From: an uncultured Gemmatimonadales bacterium
GTDB taxonomy: Bacteria; Gemmatimonadota; Gemmatimonadetes; Gemmatimonadales; GWC2-71-9
Length of the DNA: 64,000 nt
Assembly: GCA_963728915.1 (NCBI GenBank)
Contig: CAVSLV010000001.1
Location: 1,216,001 to 1,280,000, forward strand
Reading direction: 5' to 3'
Shown here: positions 39,093-48,511 of the stretch, one piece after another
Numbering within the stretch: the first letter of the stretch is position 1
Layout of the letters: each line of letters starts with the position of its first letter
Made by a program: the position numbers and the translations under genes
The notes under the pieces: model-generated
Databases searched by the model: none
The model's input: the letters and a program-made list of their open reading frames with translations, nothing else
What the model was told of the DNA's origin: nothing

Positions 39093-39665
39093 CTAATTCG
39101 ACCCTGGATCGATCTCCGTCCCCGACGTCCGGCCCAGAAAGAAGGTCACCTCGTGCTGCGCCCCCACCGTGAAGATCGCCAGGTCGGAGTCAACCGGGGT
39201 CTCGTCGATCGTCACCTGGGCCACCGGGCCCCGGTTCCGGATCCGCACCGAGAACGGAACCGGAGGGCCGAACGAAACGTCGAATCGAACCGTCACCCAT
39301 TCAGCCCGGGAGCGAACCTCGAGATCGAGGATGGTGCGATGACAACGGAGGCGCCGCAGCGCCATGGACCGCCAGGAGGCCGGCACCCACGGACGGGTTT
39401 CGAAGCGCCCGCCCGCGCCGTCGGCCTGGACGCCGAAGAGGCCCTCGACCACCCGATGAATGAATTGGTACGGGTCGAGCCCGGTCGCGGGTCCGACCCG
39501 GCGAAAGGATTCGGAGGCCTCGAGGAGGTCTTCGAACTCGTCGTCGTCCCAGCGCTGAGTCCGGCCCGGCTCGGCCCGCACCGCGGCGGGGGTGAGCCGG
39601 ACCGCCCAGGCAAATGCCTGGTTGAGCGCCGGGGCAGGTGTATCGACGAGCGGCGGGCGATTCAG
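39093..39665 (-). CDS. Hypothetical protein resembling the non-catalytic ends of an (alpha/alpha)6 glycoside hydrolase; probable CTG start
   Basis: [13 protein letters not shown] at the N-terminus; GLFGVQAD...[18 protein letters not shown]-terminal beta domain. Confidence 0.5.
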   Translation of the reverse strand: MNRPPLVDTPAPALNQAFAWAVRLTPAAVRAEPGRTQRWDDDEFEDLLEASESFRRVGPATGLDPYQFIHRVVEGLFGVQADGAGGRFETRPWVPASWRSMALRRLRCHRTILDLEVRSRAEWVTVRFDVSFGPPVPFSVRIRNRGPVAQVTIDETPVDSDLAIFTVGAQHEVTFFLGRTSGTEIDPGSN

Positions 39666-40267
39666 CCCTGGAAGCTCGCCGCGACGGCAGTCCAGTTCAC
39701 CACATTCCACCACGCGGTGAGGTAGTCGGCCCGCCGGTTCTGATACTTGAGATAGTAGGCGTGCTCCCAGACATCGCAGCCGAGCACCGCGTGCTTGCCA
39801 TCCATCAGCGGGTTGTCCTGATTGGGCGTGCTCTCAATCGCGAGCTTCCCATCTTTCCCTCGCACCAGCCAGGCCCAGCCGCTCCCGAACCGGTCGAGTC
39901 CCGCCTTCTGAAATTGTTCCTTGAACTTGTGGAGCCCGCCCAAGGCCCCGTCGATCTCCTTCCGCAGAGCTCCCTCCGGGGCCTTGGCCCCTCCCGGCGT
40001 CATCCAGCTCCAGAACAGGGAATGGTTGAGATGCCCGCCTCCGTTGTTCCGAACCTTGCCGCGAATCCCCTCGGGGACCTGGTCGAGACTCTGGACCAGC
40101 TGCTCGATCGGAAGGTTCTGCAGGGACGCCTGTCCCTCGAGCGCGGCGTTGAGATTGGTAACGTACGCCTGATGGTGCTTCCCGTGATGGATCCGCATGG
40201 TCGTCTCATCGATATGCGGCTCCAGCGCGTTGAACTCGAAAGGAAGCGGCGGAAGCGTGTAGGCCAT
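39662..40267 (-). CDS. sodA: Superoxide dismutase, Mn-type signatures
   Basis: [30 protein letters not shown]. Confidence 0.93.
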   Translation of the reverse strand: MAYTLPPLPFEFNALEPHIDETTMRIHHGKHHQAYVTNLNAALEGQASLQNLPIEQLVQSLDQVPEGIRGKVRNNGGGHLNHSLFWSWMTPGGAKAPEGALRKEIDGALGGLHKFKEQFQKAGLDRFGSGWAWLVRGKDGKLAIESTPNQDNPLMDGKHAVLGCDVWEHAYYLKYQNRRADYLTAWWNVVNWTAVAASFQG

Positions 40268-40283
40268 TGGAATCCCCCCGTGG

Positions 40284-40298
40284 ATTGACCGCGTCAAT
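40284..40298. promoter_or_regulatory. Palindrome ATTGAC-CGC-GTCAAT overlapping a putative sodA -10 (TATATT)
   Basis: Perfect 6-bp inverted repeat 16 nt upstream of the sodA ATG. Confidence 0.45.
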
Positions 40299-40332
40299 AT
40301 AAACGGCGCTCGCCGGCGAAGTCGCACATCGG

Positions 40333-41550
40333 TTAACGCGCCGGGGGGCCGTCGAGCTCGGCGATGGTCCTGGTGCTGGGGGCCCGTTCCCGGGAGAGCC
40401 GCGCGGCGACCTGCTCGGCCTGCGTCATGACCCGGAGCAGGTTCTCGCCGGCGAGTTTCCGGAGATCCGCCTCGGTCCAGCCCCGTCTGGCCAGCTCGAG
40501 GAACAGGGCCGGAAAGGTGGACACATCCTCCAGGCCCTGAACCGTTTCGGTGATCCCGTCAAAGTCGCTGCCGATCCCAACGTGATCCACGCCGGCCACC
40601 TGCCGAATGTGATCGATGTGATTGGCCACATCGGCGATGGTGGCCCGGGGCGCCGGGTGCGCGGCACGCCAGGCGGGACTCGAATCGGAGTACGCCTTGA
40701 CCGCCGGGGAGACGAAACCGGGCACGAACGGAACCATGACCACGCCACCATTTCGAGCCACCCGCACGAGAATGGAATCGGGAACGTTGCGGGGGTGATC
40801 GACCAGCGCGCGGGCGCCGGAGTGGGAGAAGATGACCGGCGCTTCCGACACGGTGAGCGCATCGCTCATGGTGCCCGGGGAAACATGGGCAAGATCCACC
40901 AGCATGCCGAGCCGGTTCATCTCCCGCACCACTTCCTCGCCGAATCTGGTGAGGCCACCGTGCTTCGCGGTGTCGAGCGCGGCATCGGCCCAGTCCAGCG
41001 TCACATTGTGCGTGAGGGTCATGTAGCGAACCCCGAGATCGTAGTAGGCCCGAAGCGCTCCAAGCGAATTCTCGATCGCGTGTCCGCCTTCCATGCCGAG
41101 CAGCGATCCGATCCGGCCGTCGCTGAAGGCGCTCCGGATTCCGGACGCCGTCGTGACGAAACGCAGCGCCTCGGGGTATTTCGCGATGAAGCGTCGGGCG
41201 ATGTCGATTTCCTCGAGCTGCACCCGGGCATACCCGGAGTCCTTGATCTCGCCAGGGATGTACACCGACCAGAACTGGGCGCCCACCATGCCGGCGCGCA
41301 GCCTCGCAAGATCGGTGTGTCCGGGGGTGTGGTGACGAAGGTCATAGGCCTCGACGTCCCGGCTCATGGTGGAGTCCTCCCGGATCCTCCAGGCCAGGTC
41401 GTTGTGGCCGTCGATGAGCGGGGTGGACCGGAGCACCCGGCGCACCATGGCGGCAGGGGTGTCCTGCCCTTGAGACACCGGAGCGAGGGCGAGGCACCAC
41501 ACCGGCGCCATCCGGATCAACGCTGTGCAACTTCGGCGAAACATGTTCAC
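40333..41550 (-). CDS. Membrane dipeptidase (peptidase M19)
   Basis: [38 protein letters not shown]. Confidence 0.92.
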   Translation of the reverse strand: MNMFRRSCTALIRMAPVWCLALAPVSQGQDTPAAMVRRVLRSTPLIDGHNDLAWRIREDSTMSRDVEAYDLRHHTPGHTDLARLRAGMVGAQFWSVYIPGEIKDSGYARVQLEEIDIARRFIAKYPEALRFVTTASGIRSAFSDGRIGSLLGMEGGHAIENSLGALRAYYDLGVRYMTLTHNVTLDWADAALDTAKHGGLTRFGEEVVREMNRLGMLVDLAHVSPGTMSDALTVSEAPVIFSHSGARALVDHPRNVPDSILVRVARNGGVVMVPFVPGFVSPAVKAYSDSSPAWRAAHPAPRATIADVANHIDHIRQVAGVDHVGIGSDFDGITETVQGLEDVSTFPALFLELARRGWTEADLRKLAGENLLRVMTQAEQVAARLSRERAPSTRTIAELDGPPAR

Positions 41551-41623
41551 GAAAACCTCCCGAGGGTTCGTGCTGCCTGAAAGGTACGAATACGTCGCCG
41601 AAAGAGGAGGGTGGAAATCAACC

Positions 41624-41640
41624 CCGGTACGGGGATTGCA
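41624..41640 (+). promoter_or_regulatory. Putative sigma54 (-24/-12) promoter
   Basis: CCGGTACG-GGGA-TTGCA; GG-N10-GC spacing. Confidence 0.55.
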
Positions 41641-41677
41641 GCAGCATGCTACCAGGTCCGCCCCGAAGGAGGTCCCC

Positions 41678-42316
41678 GTGATTCGTGCGGATGCCCGAAG
41701 CCGGATAACCGCCCAGGACGTCGAGCTGCTGGAGTCGTCCTACGGGTTGTCGAACGGTGCGGCGAGCATGGACGCGCTTCTCGATCGCCGGGAGGTCTGT
41801 ACCTTCCTGCTGAGCGCCCGGATGCCGGGGCCCTCCCCCTCGCTCCTTTTCTATGTGCTGGTTCGACACGCCCTGCTCGATACCGGGATCGAGAACCCGA
41901 TGATGGCCGACTACTTCGCCGCGGTCGTGCGGGAGTTCGGGATCCGGGGACGAAGCACCCGGATCGACGACGTCGACGATCACGACCATCACTACCTGGT
42001 CGACATCCTCGCCGATCTCGCCGCCGCCAGCGGCGACCGGCAGTTCAAGGTCTCGGTTCATCTCGGCAATTATGCGCTCTGGCTCTCGGGCATTTTTCCC
42101 GAGCGGATCGCGGCGCGGCAGCTTCGCCGAGGCGGCCCCGACGTCGCCTACTACGAAACGCTGGGCGGCCGCGGCTACGCCGAGGCGTCCGAGCATCAGC
42201 TGGCCGGACGAATCGGGCTGGAAGAGATCCTGCGGGTCGCCGCGGAGCGAGCCCACGAGATCCGGGTGGCCCTGAACCGCGTCAGCGATCAGCTGATCCT
42301 GCGCCGCGCCGCCTGA
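41678..42316 (+). CDS. Helical hypothetical protein
   Basis: AAGGAGGT SD then GTG; ...YLVDILAD...HLGNYALWLSGIFP...YY. Confidence 0.75.
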   Translation: MIRADARSRITAQDVELLESSYGLSNGAASMDALLDRREVCTFLLSARMPGPSPSLLFYVLVRHALLDTGIENPMMADYFAAVVREFGIRGRSTRIDDVDDHDHHYLVDILADLAAASGDRQFKVSVHLGNYALWLSGIFPERIAARQLRRGGPDVAYYETLGGRGYAEASEHQLAGRIGLEEILRVAAERAHEIRVALNRVSDQLILRRAA

Positions 42317-42359
42317 TTCCCCTCCCGAGGCTCCGCCAGGGCGAGTAGCTTTGCGCCCC

Positions 42360-43160
42360 ATGCCGCCCCTCCCCACCATGTCACTCGATGGACGACGAGC
42401 CCTCGTGTGCGGGAGCACCAGGGGCATCGGTCGGGCCTCGGCCATCGCCCTGGCGAGCGCAGGAGCGGAGGTGGTCCTGCTCGGGCGCGACCGCGAGCGC
42501 CTCCAGGAAACCCGCCGCTCCCTGCCCGCGGCAGATACCAGGGCTCACGAGATCCTGGTCGCCGATCTCTCGGACCCGGCTCAGGTGCGCGGCTCGGTCA
42601 CCGCATGGCTCGCGAGCGCCGCGCCGGTGCATGTGCTGGTGAACAACGCGGGCGGTCCCGCGCCAGGCCCCATTCTCGAGGCGACCGAAGACCAGCTCCG
42701 CGCGGCGTTCGCCATGCACGTCCTGAGCAGCCAGGCGCTGGTCCAGACGCTGGTGCCGGGCATGAAGGCAGCGGGTTACGGGAGAATCCTCAACATCGTT
42801 TCGACGTCGGTGCGGGAACCGATTCGAAACCTGGGCGTCTCCAATACCATTCGCGCGGCGATGGCGGGCTGGGCCAAGACCCTGTCGCGCGAAGTGGCCC
42901 CGATGGGGATCACGGTGAACAACATCCTGCCCGGCTCGACCCGCACCGATCGTCTGGCATCGATCATCGCCGCCCGCGCCCAGGCCGCCAGCGCCGACCC
43001 CGCGTCGATCGAGCACGCCATGCTGGCCGACATTCCCGCCGGCCGCTTCGCGGACCCGGCCGAACCCGCGGCGGTGATCGCCTTCCTCGCCTCTCCCGCG
43101 GCCGGATACATCACCGGCGTCAGTCTGCCCGTGGATGGCGGGCGGATCGCCGCGATCTGA
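42360..43160 (+). CDS. SDR family oxidoreductase
   Basis: GSTRGIG, LVNNAGGP, SNTIR, VNNILPG, VDGG. Confidence 0.9.
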   Translation: MPPLPTMSLDGRRALVCGSTRGIGRASAIALASAGAEVVLLGRDRERLQETRRSLPAADTRAHEILVADLSDPAQVRGSVTAWLASAAPVHVLVNNAGGPAPGPILEATEDQLRAAFAMHVLSSQALVQTLVPGMKAAGYGRILNIVSTSVREPIRNLGVSNTIRAAMAGWAKTLSREVAPMGITVNNILPGSTRTDRLASIIAARAQAASADPASIEHAMLADIPAGRFADPAEPAAVIAFLASPAAGYITGVSLPVDGGRIAAI

Positions 43161-43203
43161 TCGCGATCCTCCGCAGGGCCCTTCGGTTCCGATAGATTCC
43201 GCC

Positions 43204-44091
43204 ATGGTCCGGATCGTGTCGTTTCTTCCCGCGGGAACCGAGATCGCCTGGGCGCTGGGGGCGGGATCGGACCTGGTGGGACGGTCGCACGAATGCGACT
43301 ACCCCGAGGAAGCGACCCGGCTCCCGGTGGTCAGCCGCCCGGCCCTCGACCTGGGAGGTTTGAGTGGAGGGGAAATGGATCGCGCCGTGGCGGATCGGCT
43401 GGCCAGTGGCGAGAGTCTCTATCAGGTGGATGAGCTGCTCCTGCGGGAACTGGCGCCCGACGTCATTCTGACCCAGGATCTCTGCCAGGTGTGCGCGCCT
43501 TCGGGCAATGAGCTGAGCCGCGCGGTACGCGATCTCCCCGGCGCCCCGCGGATCGTGTGGTTGTCGCCCCAGTCGCTGGCGGACATCGAACAGAACATCC
43601 TGGCGGTGGGCGACGCGGTCGGCCGCTCCGAATCGGCAGGCCGGCTGATCGCCGCCAACCGGGAGCGGATCGCCCGGGTGGAGGGACGGGTCCGGGACGC
43701 ACCGCCTCGCCGGGTCGCCTTTCTCGAGTGGGTGGATCCTCCCTACGCGGCGGGCCACTGGGTTCCCGAGATGATCCGGCTGGCGGGAGGGCATGATCCG
43801 CTGGGGCGGCCCGGCCAGGATTCCGAGCGGGTTAGGATCGACGCGGTCCTCCGCACCGGCCCCGAAGTGGTGGTGGTGGCGCCCTGCGGCTACCGGCTGG
43901 ACCAGGCCGTCACGACGGCCCGCACCCTGCTCCCGTTCCCCGGGGGGCGGATCCTCGCGGTGGACGCGAATGCCTATTTTGCCCGCCCGGGCCCGCGGAT
44001 GGCCGAGGGAATCGAGCTGCTCGCGCACCTGTTTCACCCGGACCGGGTGGCGTGGAGCGGCCCCGGACGACCCTGGGAGGAGATCACCTGA
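43204..44091 (+). CDS. BtuF/TroA-like substrate-binding-fold protein without signal peptide
   Basis: RIVSFLPAGTEI, VGRSHECDYP, TQDLCQVCA, FARPGPR. Confidence 0.8.
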   Translation: MVRIVSFLPAGTEIAWALGAGSDLVGRSHECDYPEEATRLPVVSRPALDLGGLSGGEMDRAVADRLASGESLYQVDELLLRELAPDVILTQDLCQVCAPSGNELSRAVRDLPGAPRIVWLSPQSLADIEQNILAVGDAVGRSESAGRLIAANRERIARVEGRVRDAPPRRVAFLEWVDPPYAAGHWVPEMIRLAGGHDPLGRPGQDSERVRIDAVLRTGPEVVVVAPCGYRLDQAVTTARTLLPFPGGRILAVDANAYFARPGPRMAEGIELLAHLFHPDRVAWSGPGRPWEEIT

Positions 44092-44510
44092 TGGAACCGC
44101 CGGTCACCAGTGCGCGAGCCCCCCAACCGGTGGGACCGTATCCCCACGCCCGGCGGGTGGGGCAGCTTCTGTTCCTCTCCGGCATCGGACCGAGAGTCCC
44201 GGGCAGAAGCGATGTCCCGGGGGTGACGCTCAGCGGCGAGGGACGGGTCGCGCGATACGACTTCGAATCGCAGTGCCGCCAGGTGTTCGCGAACGTGCGA
44301 GCCATTCTCGAGGACGCCGGCTCTGCCTGGGAGAAGATCGTCGACGTCTCGGCCTACCTCACGGATCTCGGCGCGGACTTCGGGACCTTCAACCGGCTCT
44401 ACGCCGAAGCGTTTCCCGATCCCGGCACCCGACCGACCCGAACCACCGTGGAAGTCAGCCGGCTGCCCACCCCCATCGCGATCGAGCTCAAGGTCATCGC
44501 GACGATCTGA
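44091..44510 (+). CDS. RidA family protein, probable 2-aminomuconate deaminase
   Basis: PVGPYPHARRVGQLLFLSGIGPR, RTTVEVSRLPTPIAIELK; next to the 3-HAA pathway. Confidence 0.8.
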   Translation: MEPPVTSARAPQPVGPYPHARRVGQLLFLSGIGPRVPGRSDVPGVTLSGEGRVARYDFESQCRQVFANVRAILEDAGSAWEKIVDVSAYLTDLGADFGTFNRLYAEAFPDPGTRPTRTTVEVSRLPTPIAIELKVIATI

Positions 44511-45119
44511 GCACCGCACGCACCGGGCTTGCGTCGAAACCGGCCAGCCGGAGCGGCAGGGCGATCAGCTCATACTCGCCTTCGGGAACACCACTCAGCG
44601 CGAGCCCCTCGAGAATCGCCATGTCGTGCGCCAGAAACCGGTGATGAGCCGGGAGGTCCTTCGAGGCGAACGGATCCACACTCGGCGCGTCGGTGCCCAC
44701 CAGACGGACGCCCCGCTGGTGGAGATAGTCCACCAGATCCGGACTCAACCCAGCGAAGTGCTCGTGGAACCGCTTGGGGTCCGGCGCGGTTCCGGTCGCG
44801 ATCAGGAGACGGGCCAGCTTGGGGGGCGGGGGAGCATCGCGGGAACCACTACCCCGCCCCGGTCGGGAGCCCTGGTCACCCGCATCACCTCGCAGGGACC
44901 CAGGTAGAAGGCGAGCGATCGCTCCGCGATGTCGGGAGCGCCGACTCCGTAGTGACTCGGGGCGTCGGCGTGGGCCCCCAGGTGAACGGTCGCGCGCAGG
45001 GTCGAGAGAGTCACTGAATCTCCCCGCGACAGATCCTGGAGCACTTCGCGGGTCGGCGGAGTGTCTCCGGGCCAGACGGCAAGGGATCCGGAGATGACGG
45101 GCGTAATGTCGTAGATCAT
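44494..45119 (-). pseudogene. kynB: Kynurenine formamidase (cyclase family) with a 1-nt deletion frameshift (possible sequencing error)
   Basis: 5' part: WPGD, HLGAHADAPSH. After the G-run near 44821-44832 another frame continues KLARLLIATG...GTDAPSVD...ILEGL...DASPVRAVL. Confidence 0.85.
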
Positions 45120-45123
45120 CGCC

Positions 45124-45906
45124 TCACATCCGGTGGCGGATGGCCCAGAGGTCGGGAAAGAGCGGCTTCCAGAGCGATTGCTTCAGGAACTCGACCCCCG
45201 CCGACCCACCGGTGCCTCGCTTGGCCCCGATGGTGCGCTCCACCAGCTTGATGTGGCGATAGCGCCATTCCTGAAAGCCTTCGTCGAAATCGGTCATCAG
45301 CTCGAACAGGATGACCAGGTCGGGTTGCTCGCGGTAGACCCGGAGCAGCTCTTCCTGCAGCGCCTCACTCGGGCGGGTCGGCTCCTCGATGGGCTTGGTC
45401 CGAAGCTCGGTGGGCACCGTCAGACCCCGATGCCCCAGAAAATCGTAGAAATGGTCGACTACGGACCGCTCATGCAGCCGCCCCTCGGCGACAGCCCGCC
45501 TGCCCTCCGTCTCCGGAATGGCTCCGGCTACGCCGGGTCGCTTGTAGCCGAAGACGAACTCCAGCTCGCGGAATTGAAACGATTGAAATCCGGAGGCGGT
45601 GTCCAGCCGGTCGCGAAACGACTGGAACGAGAGCGGAGTCATGGTTTCGAGAATGTCGAGCTGTCCGACTACGGTCTTGAGAATGGTGCGGAGCCGTTTC
45701 CAGGTGGCGATCGCACCGTAGAGGTCGTTGCCGGAGAAATCCCGCATGACCTTCCCGGTCTCGAAGAGCATCAGCTTGAACCAGAGCTCGAAGACCTGAT
45801 GGATCACGATGAAGAGCATTTCGTCGTGCTCGGCGGGCTTCGAGCGGGGTTCCTGGAGCTCGAGCAGCTCAGGCAAATGGAGGTAGCTGGAGTAAGTCAG
45901 CGTCAT
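45124..45906 (-). CDS. kynA: Tryptophan 2,3-dioxygenase
   Basis: HDEMLFIVIHQVFELWFK, ASGFQS, WRYRH, GTGGS. Confidence 0.95.
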   Translation of the reverse strand: MTLTYSSYLHLPELLELQEPRSKPAEHDEMLFIVIHQVFELWFKLMLFETGKVMRDFSGNDLYGAIATWKRLRTILKTVVGQLDILETMTPLSFQSFRDRLDTASGFQSFQFRELEFVFGYKRPGVAGAIPETEGRRAVAEGRLHERSVVDHFYDFLGHRGLTVPTELRTKPIEEPTRPSEALQEELLRVYREQPDLVILFELMTDFDEGFQEWRYRHIKLVERTIGAKRGTGGSAGVEFLKQSLWKPLFPDLWAIRHRM

Positions 45907-45934
45907 GGCAACCGGAAGGAGGGGACGCCTGAAG

Positions 45935-47263
45935 TTAGCTGCCGCGCCGGATCAGCAGGCATCCAAGTGCGATCACGCCGATCAGGAGCGCCCCCAGCAT
46001 CACGCGTAACACGGCCCGTTGCCGCCGTGCCCGGGCCCGAGCCTCGGCATAGGGAATCCGGGTGAAGGAGATCATGGTATACAACGGAATGAACCACCCT
46101 GGCAGGAGCCGATGCAGCAGGACTTCGCCCCGCTTTTCCAGGCGGAACAGCGGGGAGCTGACATGGTCTCGCATCTCGTGGAAATTGGCAATCGCCAGAT
46201 CGGCGATGGCATCGGCATTGGGCGCCCGTTCGGTCTCGTAGGCCGGGAAGGCGCGGGCGGTATCGTCTCCGTACCGATCCAGTGCATTCCGCAGGGCCAC
46301 GCAGTCTTCGAAGGCGGCGTTGGCCCCTTGCCCGAAGAATGGGACAATGGCGTGACAGGCGTCGCCGGCCAGGACCACCTTGCCATCCACCGTCCAAGGC
46401 CGGGTCCGGACCGTGAGGAGCGTTCCAGTCGGATGGCGGGACCAGGCCTCTTCCACGCCGGGCAGGTGAGGCATCGCGTCGGGAAAATGCCGGCCAAAGA
46501 ATCGGGAAACCGCTTCCGGCTCCTCGAGCATGGCGAAGCTGTTCGGGCCTTCCAGCGGGAGATACAGCGTCACCGTGAACGAGCCATCCACGTTGGCCAT
46601 GGCCATCATCATGAAGCCGCCCCGCGGCCAGATGTGCAGGGCCTCGGGCTCGAGGCGCGGGGTTCCATCGGGGGCGGGTGGGATGTACAGCTCCCGATAC
46701 CCATGGGAGAGGTAGCTCTGGGAAAAATCCTGGTGCTCGCGACGCAGGAGCTCGCCCCGGACCGCCGAATACGCGCCATCGGTCCCGATCACAACGCCGG
46801 TGACACGCTCCTCGCTCCCGTCCGAACGCTGGCAAGTCACTTCGCTGCGAGCGGGATCCAACCCGATGCATCGCCGGTCGAAGCGAACGGTCGCGCCCGC
46901 CTGTTCCGCGGCGTTCAGCAGCGCCGCGTTCAACCCGGCGCGGGAAAGGGAGTGGATCGCGCTCCCCCGGATGCCGTAGGGCTGGAACGCGAGCCGGCCG
47001 GCAATGGAGTGAATCATCCGGCCATAGAGCGGCACGGAGAGCCCGAGAATCGTGTCCTTGAGACCCACCTGGTCGAGGGCGTGCAGGCCGCGCTCGGAAA
47101 GGGCGAGGTTGATCGACCGTCCACCGGCGAGGTCGGTGCTCCTGGGGTCGGGCCGGCGTTCGAGGGCCATCACTCGTCGCCCTCCCTGACCCAGGAGCGT
47201 GGCCATGAGTCCACCCGCGAGCCCCGCCCCGACCACAACGAACGATGCATCCGGTCGCCCCAT
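45935..47263 (-). CDS. kmo: Kynurenine 3-monooxygenase
   Basis: GRSINLALSERG, LHIWPRG, GDACHAIVPFFGQGANAAFED. Confidence 0.94.
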   Translation of the reverse strand: MGRPDASFVVVGAGLAGGLMATLLGQGGRRVMALERRPDPRSTDLAGGRSINLALSERGLHALDQVGLKDTILGLSVPLYGRMIHSIAGRLAFQPYGIRGSAIHSLSRAGLNAALLNAAEQAGATVRFDRRCIGLDPARSEVTCQRSDGSEERVTGVVIGTDGAYSAVRGELLRREHQDFSQSYLSHGYRELYIPPAPDGTPRLEPEALHIWPRGGFMMMAMANVDGSFTVTLYLPLEGPNSFAMLEEPEAVSRFFGRHFPDAMPHLPGVEEAWSRHPTGTLLTVRTRPWTVDGKVVLAGDACHAIVPFFGQGANAAFEDCVALRNALDRYGDDTARAFPAYETERAPNADAIADLAIANFHEMRDHVSSPLFRLEKRGEVLLHRLLPGWFIPLYTMISFTRIPYAEARARARRQRAVLRVMLGALLIGVIALGCLLIRRGS

Positions 47264-47266
47264 CGG

Positions 47267-48511
47267 TCAGAGCGACTCCCGCAGGGCTTGGCCCAGGCGG
47301 TGGACCTCGCCGAACGTGTTGTAGAGAGGAACCGGTGCGATGCGGACGACATCTGGATCACGGAAATCGGTGACGAGCCCCCGCGCGCCGAGCCGTTCAA
47401 CCAGGCGGGGCCCCTGCCCACCGAGCACTCGAATCGATAACTGGCAGCCTCGCCGCTCCGGATCGGAGGACGTGACGATTTCGATGCGTCCATCGGGGAG
47501 CTGAGCGAGCAGGAACTCCAGATAGCCCGTCAACCGGACCGACTTGCGGCGCAACTCGGGCATCCCGGCGCGCCCGAAGATGTCGAGCGAGGCGCAGAGA
47601 GGCGCGAACGACAGAATCGGCGGATTGCTGAGCTGCCAACCATCGGCGGTTTCGACCGCCACGAAATCGGGATGCGTCTGCATCTCGAAGCGGGTGGCGG
47701 GATCGTTCCCCCACCAGCCGGCAAATCGCGGGAGGGTCCGGTCGGACGCATGGCGTTCGTGCAGATAGCAACCACCGACCGCACCTGGCCCGCTGTTCAG
47801 ATACTTGTAGGAGCACCAGACCGCGCAGTCCACGTCCCAGTCGTGAAGCTCGAGCTCGATATTGCCGATCGCGTGGGCCAGGTCGAGCCCGATGAGGGCT
47901 CCCGCGGCGTGGGCCGCGCGGGTCAGGCTTCGCACCTCCGGCACCATCCCGGTGAAGTAGTGGACCGCGCTCACCCAGACCAGCGCGATCTGGTCGCCTT
48001 GCTGGGCCAGGATCGCTTCCATTTCCTCGGGAGCCGCCACGATCACCGCATCCTCCGGAAGCCCGCGCGCGGCAAGGTGGGAACGCACCGCGTACCCGTC
48101 CGACGGAAACGCCGTCTCCTCGAGCAGGATCCGGGTGCGCCGACCCGCCGGGCGAAAGAGCGACACCAGGAGGAGATGCAGGTTGACCGTCAGCGAATTC
48201 ATCGCGACCACTTCGTGGGGGAACGCCCCGGCGAGCCGGGCCAGCGGCTCGCGCACGGTCTCGTGGTAGGAAAGCCACGGGGTTCGCCCCTCCAGATGGC
48301 CTGCCACGCCCATCCTCCCCCAGTCCTCCAGCACCTCTTCCACCCGGGCCGGCGCGCTGAGCGGCATCAGGCCGAGGGAATTCCCCGCGAAATACCCCAG
48401 GGTGCTTCCCGATTCGTCCGCCGGAAGGGCGAACCGGGTCCGGGCCCACGCCAGGGGATCGCGGGCATCCTGTTCCAGCGCCCAGTCTGCCGCGATCGAG
48501 TAGTCGCTCAT
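47267..48511 (-). CDS. kynU: Kynureninase
   Basis: YFAGNSLGL, MNSLTVNLH, DLAHAIGN, WCSYKYLNSGPG, GWWG, SNPP. Confidence 0.95.
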   Translation of the reverse strand: MSDYSIAADWALEQDARDPLAWARTRFALPADESGSTLGYFAGNSLGLMPLSAPARVEEVLEDWGRMGVAGHLEGRTPWLSYHETVREPLARLAGAFPHEVVAMNSLTVNLHLLLVSLFRPAGRRTRILLEETAFPSDGYAVRSHLAARGLPEDAVIVAAPEEMEAILAQQGDQIALVWVSAVHYFTGMVPEVRSLTRAAHAAGALIGLDLAHAIGNIELELHDWDVDCAVWCSYKYLNSGPGAVGGCYLHERHASDRTLPRFAGWWGNDPATRFEMQTHPDFVAVETADGWQLSNPPILSFAPLCASLDIFGRAGMPELRRKSVRLTGYLEFLLAQLPDGRIEIVTSSDPERRGCQLSIRVLGGQGPRLVERLGARGLVTDFRDPDVVRIAPVPLYNTFGEVHRLGQALRESL

